From an uncultured Flavobacteriaceae bacterium (GTDB taxonomy: Bacteria > Bacteroidota > Bacteroidia > NS11-12g > UBA955): DNA of 64,000 nt. The notes under the pieces were generated by a model, which ran no database searches, had not been told where the DNA came from, and worked only from the letters and a program-made list of their open reading frames with translations. Where the stretch lies: NCBI GenBank assembly GCA_964626685.1, contig CAZVJY010000002.1, positions 128,246 through 192,245 of the forward strand. Reading direction: 5' to 3'. The position numbers and the translations under genes are program-made. Below are positions 10,347 to 20,213 of this stretch, piece after piece (the stretch's first letter is position 1; each line of letters starts with the position of its first letter).

Positions 10347-10456
10347 GCTTTATTTTTGATTGTTAGCGGGGCAAATTTAACCCTGCCATTCTTGTAAACA
10401 CTCAAAATAGTTCAAATTTATTCACACAATAGCCTGATTGTCCAAATCGGATACCG

Positions 10457-11401
10457 CTAACTATCGGTAGTTTCAGCCTTTTTCAAGGCAAAGGAAAAAA
10501 CACTGCCCGCTCCTTCCGTACTCATAACTTCAATGTATTCACCGTGTGCATCCATAATATGCTTACATATACTCAAACCCAAACCACTGCCTCCGCGCTC
10601 TCTACTTCTGCTTTTGTCTGCGCGGAAAAAGCGCTCAAAAACCCGTGATTGCGCCTCCTTGGCTATTCCAATTCCATTATCAGCTACTTCCACAATAATT
10701 TTCTCACCGGTATCGCTCAGCCTAATTTTAGTATACCCGCTTTCTTTTCCGTATCGAATACTGTTTAGAACCAGATTGGTCAACACCTGACGGATTCTAA
10801 ACTTATCGGCATGCACAAAGAACTGACCGGATCCCGAATATTCATACAAGGTTATCTTCTTTTCTTTTGCCTGAATTTCAAGACTTTCGATTACCTCATC
10901 TGCCAGCTCCCGCACATTAAAATCTTCATACTCAAGACGTAGAAAACCACTCTCATACTTGGTTATGGTATCCAGATCGCTGACAATCTGCACCAGACGC
11001 TGGGTATTTTTAGATGCTTTTTCCAGAAACAGCTTCCGGGTTTCCGCTTCCATTTCTTCATCATCCAAAACATTGTCAAGGTAACCCTGTATGCTGAAAA
11101 TGGGTGTTTTGAGCTCATGCGCCACGTTGCCTATATAATCGCGGCGATATCCTTCGAGCCGCTTCAAATGCTCCATTTCTTCCTTGCGCGCTTCAAAGAG
11201 TTTCTTCAAGGCCTCCTCCACATCCTTAACCTGAGAAAAATCTCGTTGGTTATGATCTTCCTTCTCGGTAGCAATTAGTTTTGACAACGACCTCAATATG
11301 CGGCGCTCACGCCTGCGCCACACCACCCTCACCACCATGCCTCCCAGGGCAATAATCGCCAGATATAGCCAAAACAGATTTAAACCCGGGAAAAATTGCA
11401 T
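10457..11401 (-). CDS. sensor histidine kinase (orphan, single TM)
   Basis: H-box HELKTP, N-box, DNGIGI, and GGSGLGL ATP-lid motifs. One N-terminal TM helix. No response regulator is adjacent. Confidence 0.8.
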   Translation of the reverse strand: MQFFPGLNLFWLYLAIIALGGMVVRVVWRRRERRILRSLSKLIATEKEDHNQRDFSQVKDVEEALKKLFEARKEEMEHLKRLEGYRRDYIGNVAHELKTPIFSIQGYLDNVLDDEEMEAETRKLFLEKASKNTQRLVQIVSDLDTITKYESGFLRLEYEDFNVRELADEVIESLEIQAKEKKITLYEYSGSGQFFVHADKFRIRQVLTNLVLNSIRYGKESGYTKIRLSDTGEKIIVEVADNGIGIAKEAQSRVFERFFRADKSRSRERGGSGLGLSICKHIMDAHGEYIEVMSTEGAGSVFSFALKKAETTDS

Positions 11402-11446
11402 CAGGCAAATATAAGCTGTAAGCGCTTGGTCAATCCAAACCCAAAC

Positions 11447-11785
11447 TTATTTGGCAGGATATCCCGCATCATACCAGGCCTTGAACTGGTTCATTTCAGC
11501 CTGCGACAACCCTGAAGGCGGCATGGATTTATTGATATATACTTCCTGATACAGGTGACTGATATGCTTTTTTAGGGAGGCCTCATAATTGTCCGGATTA
11601 TAAGCCCATGCGTTGCGGTTACTCCCCTTGCTTCCATGACAGGAACCACAATTTCTGTCGAACCAGGGCCGCATTGTAGCGTGCTCAAAACCGGTCCCCG
11701 ATGACTTTTGACAACCATTAATACTTAATGTGAAAGCAATGGCAATCGGTAAAGCAAACAAGATTCTTTTCATAAACACCACCAA
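11447..11785 (-). CDS. small c-type cytochrome (lipoprotein-like signal)
   Basis: 112 aa. The signal is followed by Cys (INGCQ). One CGSCH haem-binding CXXCH motif. Confidence 0.6.
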   Translation of the reverse strand: MVVFMKRILFALPIAIAFTLSINGCQKSSGTGFEHATMRPWFDRNCGSCHGSKGSNRNAWAYNPDNYEASLKKHISHLYQEVYINKSMPPSGLSQAEMNQFKAWYDAGYPAK

Positions 11786-11821
11786 GATACAGTTTTCTCA
11801 GCAGATTTTCAAACTATTCAC

Positions 11822-12709
11822 TCACCGAACGATAAAACTTCGCATACTGATACCACCATATTCCACACTCTCGTAGAATGTTTGAGCCATTTCAGTCTTT
11901 CCGGCAAGGCCGAGGCTATACAGCATGGGAATGTAATGATCGGGTGAGGGAACGGAAAGTAAACCCATTTTTCCTGCACTTTCATAATTGATTAGTTTAT
12001 TGTAATCCCCGTTTTGCAGGGCATTTCCCACCCAAGTATCGAATTCAACAGCCCAGTCAAATGCAGTTTTATCGCCGCGGCCCAGCATGGGAATACTGGC
12101 GCTCAGGTTGTGAACAATGTTACCGCTGCCAATGATAAGCACGCCCCTGTCCCGAAGCCTGCTGAGCATTCCTGACAGCTCAAAATGATGATGCATGGGC
12201 TTTCCCCAGTCAATGCTAAGTTGAAAAGCCGGAATATCAGCCTTGGGAAACAGGTGCTTTAAAACAGCCCAGGCTCCGTGATCCAGGCCCCAGTCTGCCG
12301 TGGGTTTTGCCTCAGCCAACAAACCCGAAGTTTCATTCGCAAAATCCGGTGAACCTGAAACAGGATACTGAACTTTGTATAAATCTTCGGGGAATCCGCC
12401 AAAATCATAGATAATTTCAGGCTCTTGAGCAACCTGCACATAAGTTCCGCGTGTGAGCCAGTGGGCCGATACAACCAGCACGGCTTTGGGTCTGCTTTTC
12501 TCCAGAATTTCTACTCCCATTGCTTGCAGTGCTGTTGTGTAGGGATTGGTTTCAATTGCGTTCATAGGACTGCCATGCCCGATGAACAAGACCGGCTGAC
12601 GATTGGTAGACGGGGTTTCGTCTATCCACTTGCCGAGTATATTTAAATCTGTTACCATAGCACCGAATGGAAGCGCACACAGCGAGGAGATAAATGCACG
12701 CCTTTTCAT
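11822..12709 (-). CDS. class III extradiol ring-cleavage dioxygenase (LigB/DODA-YgiD family) with Tat-type signal
   Basis: 295 aa. The N-terminus is MKRRAFISSLCALPFG. HGSPMNAIE and SAHW motifs are typical of 4,5-DOPA dioxygenase-like enzymes. Confidence 0.7.
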   Translation of the reverse strand: MKRRAFISSLCALPFGAMVTDLNILGKWIDETPSTNRQPVLFIGHGSPMNAIETNPYTTALQAMGVEILEKSRPKAVLVVSAHWLTRGTYVQVAQEPEIIYDFGGFPEDLYKVQYPVSGSPDFANETSGLLAEAKPTADWGLDHGAWAVLKHLFPKADIPAFQLSIDWGKPMHHHFELSGMLSRLRDRGVLIIGSGNIVHNLSASIPMLGRGDKTAFDWAVEFDTWVGNALQNGDYNKLINYESAGKMGLLSVPSPDHYIPMLYSLGLAGKTEMAQTFYESVEYGGISMRSFIVR

Positions 12710-12825
12710 ATTTGTTTGAACAAATTAAAGGGTTATTTTTTAAAAATAAAAATATTTTTTGGGCATGAACTGTGCAAAAGTGTTTTGCCGGCAGCGTCAA
12801 AGCGGGAGTAAATTTGTGGTTCTCT

Positions 12826-15132
12826 ATGCGCTGGCCCGATCAAAATGAACCCGATGACATTCCGCCGTACCTGGAAAAACTGAATGACCCTCAAAGACAG
12901 GCGGTTACCCATACCGACGGCCCTGTCATGATTATTGCCGGCGCAGGCTCGGGAAAAACGCGGGTGCTAACTTTCCGAATTGCACATCTGCTGAACAAAG
13001 GCGTAGACCCGTTCAGTATTCTTTCGTTGACTTTCACCAATAAAGCGGCACGCGAAATGCGAAACCGTATTGAAAACCTTGTGGGGCCTGCGGCCAAAAG
13101 TCTTTGGATGGGCACATTTCACAGTGTTTTTGCGAGAATACTAAGACAGGAAGCCGAAAAACTGGGATATCCGTCCAATTTTACCATTTACGATACGGAT
13201 GATAGCAAAAGCCTGATAAAAAGTATTCTGAAAGAGTTTAACCTGGACGACAAAACCTATAAGCCCGGCATGGTGCTGAGCCGCATCAGCATGGCAAAAA
13301 ACAACCTGATTACAGCAGCTGCCTACAGCCGCAACGAGGAGCTTAACCAACAGGATAAAAACGCCAACCGTCCCAAGTTCGGAGATATTTTCACGGCCTA
13401 TTCCGAACGTTGCTTCAGGGCAGGTGCCATGGATTTTGATGATATTCTCATCAATACCTACATACTGCTTGAAAAACACGCAGATGTGTGCCACAAATGG
13501 CAGCACCGCTTCAAGTACGTTATGGTAGACGAGTATCAGGATACCAATACGGTTCAGTATATGATTACCAAGCGCATTGCGGCTGTGCATCAAAATATAT
13601 GCGTGGTGGGTGACGATGCACAGAGCATTTATGCCTTTCGCGGTGCAAACATCCAGAACATCCTCAACTTTAACCGCGATTATCCGGACGTTTTTACTGT
13701 GAAGCTGGAACAGAACTACCGTAGTACCCGTAACATTGTCAATGCCGCCTCCAGTGTCATTAAAAACAACCGAAAACAACTGGACAAAGAAGTTTGGACA
13801 GCCAATGAAACCGGTGATAAAATCAAGGTAGTCCGATCTGCCACTGACAGCGATGAAGCCCGTTTTGTAGCCCAGCAAATCATTGAACAGAAAAACCAGA
13901 AACACCTTCCCAACAAGGCTTTCGCCATTCTCTACCGAACCAATAGCCAAAGCCGGAGCTTTGAGGAAGCGTTAAGAAGACAGAGCATAGATTACCGTAT
14001 ATACGGTGGCACCAGTTTCTACCAGCGCAAGGAAATCAAGGACTTACTTTCATACCTCAGGCTAACTGTTAACCCGAATGACGAGGAAGCCCTGAAACGC
14101 ATCATCAATTATCCCGCCAGGGGTATTGGCGATACAACCATCAATAGGCTATTGTTTCTTGCATCTGAAAACAAAACCGGTATCTGGGAAATTGCAGCCA
14201 ATGCCCGCAATTATCCTGATTTGGGAACAGGCGCCCCAAGGGTAGAGAATTTTGCAATCATGATGAAAAGCTTTATGGCCATGACCACAACACACAATGC
14301 CTATGAACTGGCCACGCATGTAGCAAAACAAACCACCTTACTCAAAACGCTGTACGACGATAAAACGGTTGAAGGTATCAGCCGGTATGAAAACGTGACC
14401 GAATTGCTGAATGGCATTCAGGAATTCACGGAAGATGACGAAAGCGAGAAGGACAAAACGCTTGCAAATTTCCTGGAAGAAGTAGCCTTGTATACCGATG
14501 ATCAGAAAGACAAGGATCCTGACCGAGACTGCGTGAGCATGATGACCATACATAGCAGTAAGGGCCTTGAATTTCCCCATGTGTTTATAGGCGGACTGGA
14601 AGAAAACCTTTTCCCATCACAAATGGCTTTGACCTCCAGGGCTGATCTGGAAGAAGAGAGACGGTTGTTTTATGTTGCTATAACCCGTGCCGAAAAAGCC
14701 CTGACCCTTTGTTACGCAAGCAGCCGTTTCAAATACGGAAGCCTTACCCCCTGCGAACCCAGCCGTTTTATTGATGAAATAGACAACCAGTATCTGGATA
14801 TGAACCTGGCTGGACTGAAAAAAGAAAGTCCGCTGAATGCCCTGTTTGAAAGACGTGAAAATCGCCAGGGAACTGAAAAAACACCTGTTTCTACACTACT
14901 TGGATCAAATGCTGTAAAAAACACCAACCTTCCGGAACCGGATCCCAATTTTGAAGCCGGCGACATCAGCGGCTTGAAAGCAGGCGATAAAGTTCAGCAT
15001 CAGCGATTCGGAAATGGAACCGTGAACGCCATCGAAGGAGAAGCAGACAGCAGGAAAGCAACGGTAATGTTTGAAGGCCTTGGCGAGAAAAAACTGGTAT
15101 TAAAATTCGCCAAAATGCGTATTATTGAATAG
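12826..15132 (+). CDS. uvrD: ATP-dependent DNA helicase, UvrD/PcrA/Rep family
   Basis: LNDPQRQAVTHTDGPVMIIAGAGSGKT Walker A, plus helicase motifs through VTRAEKAL. The ORF track begins at an in-frame GTG at 12772, but the ATG at 12826 gives a more typical N-terminus. Confidence 0.9.
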   Translation: MRWPDQNEPDDIPPYLEKLNDPQRQAVTHTDGPVMIIAGAGSGKTRVLTFRIAHLLNKGVDPFSILSLTFTNKAAREMRNRIENLVGPAAKSLWMGTFHSVFARILRQEAEKLGYPSNFTIYDTDDSKSLIKSILKEFNLDDKTYKPGMVLSRISMAKNNLITAAAYSRNEELNQQDKNANRPKFGDIFTAYSERCFRAGAMDFDDILINTYILLEKHADVCHKWQHRFKYVMVDEYQDTNTVQYMITKRIAAVHQNICVVGDDAQSIYAFRGANIQNILNFNRDYPDVFTVKLEQNYRSTRNIVNAASSVIKNNRKQLDKEVWTANETGDKIKVVRSATDSDEARFVAQQIIEQKNQKHLPNKAFAILYRTNSQSRSFEEALRRQSIDYRIYGGTSFYQRKEIKDLLSYLRLTVNPNDEEALKRIINYPARGIGDTTINRLLFLASENKTGIWEIAANARNYPDLGTGAPRVENFAIMMKSFMAMTTTHNAYELATHVAKQTTLLKTLYDDKTVEGISRYENVTELLNGIQEFTEDDESEKDKTLANFLEEVALYTDDQKDKDPDRDCVSMMTIHSSKGLEFPHVFIGGLEENLFPSQMALTSRADLEEERRLFYVAITRAEKALTLCYASSRFKYGSLTPCEPSRFIDEIDNQYLDMNLAGLKKESPLNALFERRENRQGTEKTPVSTLLGSNAVKNTNLPEPDPNFEAGDISGLKAGDKVQHQRFGNGTVNAIEGEADSRKATVMFEGLGEKKLVLKFAKMRIIE

Positions 15133-16564
15133 ATGTCGGGTCAATAGGCGCAGCCTTACCACTGCCATTGGTGCGCCCTTCATAGCCCCCAGTGCCGCGG
15201 CTTTTGGCCCTTCCGAAAGTCAGGTTGATTCCAGCCCTGAAAGCGGCTCCCCTGGCACTTCCCGGCGTAAACGGTGCCAGAAAATTCTCAGAAGCAAAAT
15301 AGGTTTGAACAGCACCCGCATTAAATGCCATACATATACCCGGATTCAGCCAGGCACGTCCATAGAAGGTATTGTTGATGTTTAAACTAAACATTTTCAC
15401 AGGACGCCAAAACAGACCGAGTGTTAGTCCGCCCATCAGGCGTTTGTTATATACATCACCATAGAACAGGGCATTCAACTTCAGGTTTTTACGGAGTGCA
15501 TAAGATGCACCCAGCATCAACTCTGCACTCAGTGAACTGCTGAAAGACCTGCGCAGGGTATCCAAACCAAATAACCCGTTTAGCGAATCGGCTAGTTTGT
15601 CAAAATATTGTTCAGGGTCAAAAACTGTATCTGCAGAAGATATATTAAAACCATCGTAAACAATAGTCGCGTCTGGGTTGGCAGATACAAGGCTGGCTGT
15701 ATTCTGAACCCAATTAATTGAGCCCAGATCAATTAGGCCGGCGGACAGGCTCAACCTGTCTGAAACAGCATATTCAGCCCCCAGATCAATTCCCCAACCC
15801 TTGTTTTTAATACCCCTGTATAGTCCTGCACCATCCATTACAGACGCACTTCCGTCGGCAGTGATCAATTGACCCAGCGAGCTGGCTACATTCAATTCAA
15901 CATTACTGCTCACTTCAAAAGCGTAATCTTCAGGCCTGGTTCGCACTTTCAGGCTTGCTTCCTTCAATTCGGCGCGGGTGATGCCCTTTAGGTATTTTAT
16001 CCTGGCGCCAAGGGTTATTTTATCCGAAAGCCGATACGCATAGCTTAGACCAAATTCCCTGTAGTGATAAGCATCTGCACTGAAACGAAAATCAAATGTT
16101 TCGCCCAGATTAGAACCTCCGTTACCATCTATGATGAAGCGAAACAAATCCTTGGGATAGCCGAATTTAAAACCGGCTTTATCGGTCACATTAGCAGAGA
16201 AGAAATGTTTCTTGGCCCGAAATCCAAAATGGGCCCAGGTCTGATCGGCCTTAATGCTCAGGTAATTCTGACGTGAAAACACATCCAGCATTGCATTCAG
16301 ATCCAATAAATTTCCGTTGGGATTCACTACAATGGCATTGTTTATTGCATTCAGGTTAAAACCGCTGTTGGTAGCCTGCATCCCCACGCTATTAAAGCCT
16401 GGAAATCCAATAAACCACTTACAGTCTGGCAGCAGCGCAGGATTTAAGGAACTGCGCTGAGGCAGGCTTTCCATATGGTATAAACTGAAGTTTTGCTGAG
16501 CCGACAACCAAGACCAGGCCGAAAGCAGTACCGCAAAAAGGCAGAAACGTTTAGAATTCTGCAT
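15122..16564 (-). CDS. outer-membrane beta-barrel protein, PorP/SprF-like N-terminal motif (family uncertain)
   Basis: 480 aa. Signal peptide, then QQNFSLY...SLNPALL, which resembles the PorP/SprF QF(S)QY...INPA signature. Alternating beta-strand character with a C-terminal aromatic residue. It overlaps the upstream lipoprotein gene by 14 nt. Confidence 0.4.
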   Translation of the reverse strand: MQNSKRFCLFAVLLSAWSWLSAQQNFSLYHMESLPQRSSLNPALLPDCKWFIGFPGFNSVGMQATNSGFNLNAINNAIVVNPNGNLLDLNAMLDVFSRQNYLSIKADQTWAHFGFRAKKHFFSANVTDKAGFKFGYPKDLFRFIIDGNGGSNLGETFDFRFSADAYHYREFGLSYAYRLSDKITLGARIKYLKGITRAELKEASLKVRTRPEDYAFEVSSNVELNVASSLGQLITADGSASVMDGAGLYRGIKNKGWGIDLGAEYAVSDRLSLSAGLIDLGSINWVQNTASLVSANPDATIVYDGFNISSADTVFDPEQYFDKLADSLNGLFGLDTLRRSFSSSLSAELMLGASYALRKNLKLNALFYGDVYNKRLMGGLTLGLFWRPVKMFSLNINNTFYGRAWLNPGICMAFNAGAVQTYFASENFLAPFTPGSARGAAFRAGINLTFGRAKSRGTGGYEGRTNGSGKAAPIDPTSIQ

Positions 16565-18161
16565 CGGCTGATAGTTTAATTTCTGCGCCCAACTTAAATT
16601 TCAGTTTCTGGCCTGTGGTTATCCTCACAGGCACAGGGCTGCCGTTGACAGAGGATGTGGAAATCCGTGCCCGCGTCCGTAATCGCTTTGCTTTGAGAAT
16701 ATTGGAAATGCGCGGTTTATCCACCACCAGTTCCCACTGCTCTATGGATGGCGCAATCACATTGCCCCCTGCGTCCACATTGGCCTGTTTCAAGATATAT
16801 CTAAAAGGTTGAAACAGAGAATCCAGCACCTTGTCGGCCGCATCCATAAAATAACACTGAATACCGGCACCCAAAGGAATCCCGTTCTCCGCCTTCACTT
16901 TAAACCTGATCATTTCTATGTAGTCGCCCTCCTTGCCAATACCCAGGTCAAGATCGGAAGTATCCTCAAGAACCAGATCTTTTGCACTTACCAGCATGGG
17001 CAACTCAACAGACACAGTCAGACCCAATGTGCTGTTATCCCAAACAAATCCGCGCCCCGGAGCGGGTACCACTCCTACTTTGTATGTGAGGTAGTGAGGC
17101 TCTGTGCGCATCACGGCGGCTACATTGCTTCCTGATGCTTTTGTTATGTATACGGAATCTGCTTTTCGGGTTTCTGTACTTCCGTCAGACGCAGCACCAA
17201 CATTGCCGGATGGATTGTATGCGGTAACCGGAACAGGCGAACCGTTTCTGTCTACCAGTGAAAGCTGCTGTATCTGATACTGCGATTGAAGTCCGGTTCC
17301 ATTGTTGAAATGCACTTTAATCCTGGCATCTTCAAAAACGATGTTCCCTTTTAAAATATCATTCGAAAAGAGTGACAAATTGATAGAATCCTGCACATCT
17401 ATCAGGCTGGGCTGCCCCAGAAAACCATACAGCTTTCTGAATTTTAAACCCTGCGTAGACAAATTAAGCTGCAATTGTTCGCTACCACCAACGACACCCG
17501 ATTTGGTGAGTTCCCAGGAAACTTTAACGCGAATCTGATTAAATCCCTGATTGCCTTTGGATAAATCAAGCGTTTCAACAGCAGAAACATTGTGAAAAGG
17601 ACTGAGACTAATTGAGCCTCCATTGTTCCAAGCTTCAGACAGCAAAACCGGCGAACCTGTTTTTTTAAAATCAGGAAACGCTACGGTTACTTTACCCTGA
17701 TGCCCTGTAAATGCCGTGATACTGGCAGTAAACAGGCCTTCTTTCAACCAAATTGAATCATATTGAATTCCGGCACCGGGTGCAAGATCAAAAACAAAAT
17801 TCCTAACCACCGATACAACACCTGCAGTGTTGAGTATATTCAGTTCCGCTGCCGTTGGCACCACTGTTCCTGAAAAATTCCTATCGTTGATATTGTAGAC
17901 ATCACCGGCCTTAAGTGAATAGTGCTTTTTGTTGTAATGAATAATCAGTGATTCATCAGGGAAAGAATTTACCCAATCCGGGTTTACGAGTGCAACAGCA
18001 TCTTCAAGATTCAGCTCAGCATTTACCAGCGGCGCGGCATACTGACCTTTCCATCGCACCCCGTTAACATCGTTTATTTTACGGAGAGGATCCTTCATAC
18101 AGCCCGTAATCGAAAATAAAAAGATCAGTAAAAGTGCTACATTTGATGAATGTCTAATCAT
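16551..18161 (-). CDS. hypothetical lipoprotein
   Basis: 536 aa. Lipobox LFSITGC. No recognisable catalytic motif. Predicted beta-rich. Confidence 0.5.
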   Translation of the reverse strand: MIRHSSNVALLLIFLFSITGCMKDPLRKINDVNGVRWKGQYAAPLVNAELNLEDAVALVNPDWVNSFPDESLIIHYNKKHYSLKAGDVYNINDRNFSGTVVPTAAELNILNTAGVVSVVRNFVFDLAPGAGIQYDSIWLKEGLFTASITAFTGHQGKVTVAFPDFKKTGSPVLLSEAWNNGGSISLSPFHNVSAVETLDLSKGNQGFNQIRVKVSWELTKSGVVGGSEQLQLNLSTQGLKFRKLYGFLGQPSLIDVQDSINLSLFSNDILKGNIVFEDARIKVHFNNGTGLQSQYQIQQLSLVDRNGSPVPVTAYNPSGNVGAASDGSTETRKADSVYITKASGSNVAAVMRTEPHYLTYKVGVVPAPGRGFVWDNSTLGLTVSVELPMLVSAKDLVLEDTSDLDLGIGKEGDYIEMIRFKVKAENGIPLGAGIQCYFMDAADKVLDSLFQPFRYILKQANVDAGGNVIAPSIEQWELVVDKPRISNILKAKRLRTRARISTSSVNGSPVPVRITTGQKLKFKLGAEIKLSADAEF

Positions 18162-18341
18162 GGAAGATTTATGTTAGCTAAGTTGTGAAAGCCGCAGAAG
18201 CCAATATTTAATACAGCCTTGATTGAGACTACCACCAAAGACCTCGAAATTAAGCAAAAATACTTGCTTTTCAAGAATATTTGTATTTATTTTGCACCCC
18301 CGGATTTAGGAGACCCGGGCATAAAATAAAAAAAGAAGAAA

Positions 18342-18980
18342 ATGGCAACTAAAATCAGATTGCAAAGACATGGCCGGAAGAAACGTGCTTTCTTCCACAT
18401 TGTGGTGGCGGATTCGCGTGCTCCTAGGGATGGCCGTTTTATCGATAAAATCGGTACTTACAACCCTATCACCAATCCTGCAACCATCGACATCAACTTG
18501 GAAAAGGCCGTACAATGGATGGCCAATGGCGCTCAACCCTCAGACACGGCCCGTGCCATCCTGAGTTACAAAGGCGTTCTCTACAAACACCACCTGCAGG
18601 TGGGTGTGCGCAAAGGTGCTATCACCCAGGAACAGGCTGATGCCAAATTTGCGGAATGGATGACTTCGAAAGAAGCCAAAATCGCAGACAAGCGCAGCAA
18701 CCTCGAAAAGGCTAGCAACAGCCGTAAATCGGATGCTATGAAAGCCGAAGCACAGAAGCGTGAAGCCATTGCAGCCCGCGTTCTGGCCAAGCAAAGTGCC
18801 GCCAGCGAAGAAGTAACTGAGGAAACTGAAAGTACTGAAACTGAAGCCAGCGCAGAAGTAACTGAAAACGTTGCTGCTGAGGAAACCACTGCAACAGAAG
18901 ATGCAGCTGAAGAAGCGCCTGCTGCTGAAGAGCCTGCCGCTGAAGAATCAGCACCTGCTGAAGGTGAAAACGCCGAGTAA
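18342..18980 (+). CDS. rpsP: 30S ribosomal protein S16 with long acidic C-terminal extension
   Basis: [42 protein letters not shown] is canonical S16. About 90 extra C-terminal residues are rich in Glu, Ala and Thr. Confidence 0.9.
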   Translation: MATKIRLQRHGRKKRAFFHIVVADSRAPRDGRFIDKIGTYNPITNPATIDINLEKAVQWMANGAQPSDTARAILSYKGVLYKHHLQVGVRKGAITQEQADAKFAEWMTSKEAKIADKRSNLEKASNSRKSDAMKAEAQKREAIAARVLAKQSAASEEVTEETESTETEASAEVTENVAAEETTATEDAAEEAPAAEEPAAEESAPAEGENAE

Positions 18981-18986
18981 CCGCCC

Positions 18987-19490
18987 ATGATTCCTCCCCT
19001 GACCCGCATCGGTCGGATATCCGCAAAGCACGGATATAAAGGAGAAGTCAGCGTTGCTCTGGATGATTCTTCATTAAGTAAAAACATCAAAAAAGGGAAT
19101 TTCCTTTTCGTCGAATTCGATGGCAAGGGAGTTCCCTTTCTCATTGAAAATTGCAGCGATGGCAGTTCTGTAGTAAAACTGGCTGACATTGATTCGGAAG
19201 AAGCTGCAAAAGAATTGATTGGCGCCAGCATTCTTCTGGAAAAAAGCAAGGTAAAGGAAAGCGTCATTCTCGGATTTGACCACCTTGTTGGCTTCGAAGT
19301 TTATGATGAAGATGCTGATTTCAATGCCACCATCACCCAAATTGAAATATACCCTCAAGGTCCCATGCTTGAAGTGTCAAGCAATGAAAAAAAATTGCTG
19401 ATTCCTTTGGTCGAAGACTGGATAACTGAAATTGACGAAGATAAAAAACGCATAGGTATGCGGCTTCCGGCCGGACTTACCGAAATTTGA
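18987..19490 (+). CDS. rimM: ribosome maturation factor RimM
   Basis: 167 aa. RIGRISAKHGYKGEV N-terminal barrel motif. It sits between rpsP and trmD. Confidence 0.75.
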   Translation: MIPPLTRIGRISAKHGYKGEVSVALDDSSLSKNIKKGNFLFVEFDGKGVPFLIENCSDGSSVVKLADIDSEEAAKELIGASILLEKSKVKESVILGFDHLVGFEVYDEDADFNATITQIEIYPQGPMLEVSSNEKKLLIPLVEDWITEIDEDKKRIGMRLPAGLTEI

Positions 19491-19496
19491 GGTAAT

Positions 19497-20192
19497 TTGT
19501 TACGCATAGATATCATATCAGCCGTTCCAGGCCTACTGGAAAGTCCCCTCAGGCAAAGCATTCCAAAAAGAGCCACAGATAAAAAGCTGGCTGAAATACA
19601 TATACATAATCTGCACGATTACGGCCTGGGCAAGTACCGGCAGATCGACGACTACCCATTTGGTGGCGGCGCAGGTATGGTGCTCATGGCAGAGCCACTC
19701 TCTGCGGTAATTGAGAAACTGCAGTCCGAAAGGAAGTACGACGAGGTTATTTACACCAGTCCTGATGGAGAACCTTTTCAGCAAGGTATCGCAAACACAC
19801 TTTCCCTGAAGGAAAACATCATCATCATTTGCGGCCATTACAAAGGCATCGACCAACGTATCCGCGATATGTATGTTACACGCGAAATTTCGCTTGGTGA
19901 TTTTGTGCTGAGCGGCGGTGAAATTGCCGCTGCAGCCATAACCGATGCAGTTGTAAGGCTGCTTCCAGGAGTACTTGGTAACGAAGAAAGTGCTTTGTCC
20001 GACAGTTTTCAGGATGGACTGCTCGCTCCTCCCCTCTACACCCGTCCCGAGGTATTCAAAGACCGCAAAGTACCTGAAATACTTATGAGTGGCGACCATA
20101 AAAAAATTGAGGCCTGGAGACTGGAACAATCCATGGAAAGAACCCTAAAACTGAGGCCTGACTTATACAAAAAACTCGATAACGACATATAA
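19497..20192 (+). CDS. trmD: tRNA (guanine37-N1)-methyltransferase
   Basis: 231 aa. [19 protein letters not shown]-terminus and a SPOUT-type Gly-rich region. Confidence 0.85.
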   Translation: MLRIDIISAVPGLLESPLRQSIPKRATDKKLAEIHIHNLHDYGLGKYRQIDDYPFGGGAGMVLMAEPLSAVIEKLQSERKYDEVIYTSPDGEPFQQGIANTLSLKENIIIICGHYKGIDQRIRDMYVTREISLGDFVLSGGEIAAAAITDAVVRLLPGVLGNEESALSDSFQDGLLAPPLYTRPEVFKDRKVPEILMSGDHKKIEAWRLEQSMERTLKLRPDLYKKLDNDI

Positions 20193-20213
20193 TTTCTTAT
20201 TTTTACAACGCTG

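Noticed and set aside
13141-13950. 269-aa ORF on the minus strand inside uvrD
   Set aside because: It is entirely antisense to a confidently identified helicase gene. The sequence is low-complexity and Val/Phe-rich with no motifs. It is a typical shadow ORF.
18162-18341. Bacteroidota TAnnTTTG -7 promoter element for rpsP, and a CCCGG..CCGGG hairpin in the leader
   Set aside because: The candidate TATTTATTTTG does not match the 8-mer spacing exactly. The hairpin is only 5 bp. It is left unannotated.
18581-19267. 228-aa minus-strand ORF, with a 96-aa ORF at 18736-19026
   Set aside because: They are antisense to rpsP and rimM. They are generated by the repetitive GCT/GAA-rich S16 tail coding sequence.
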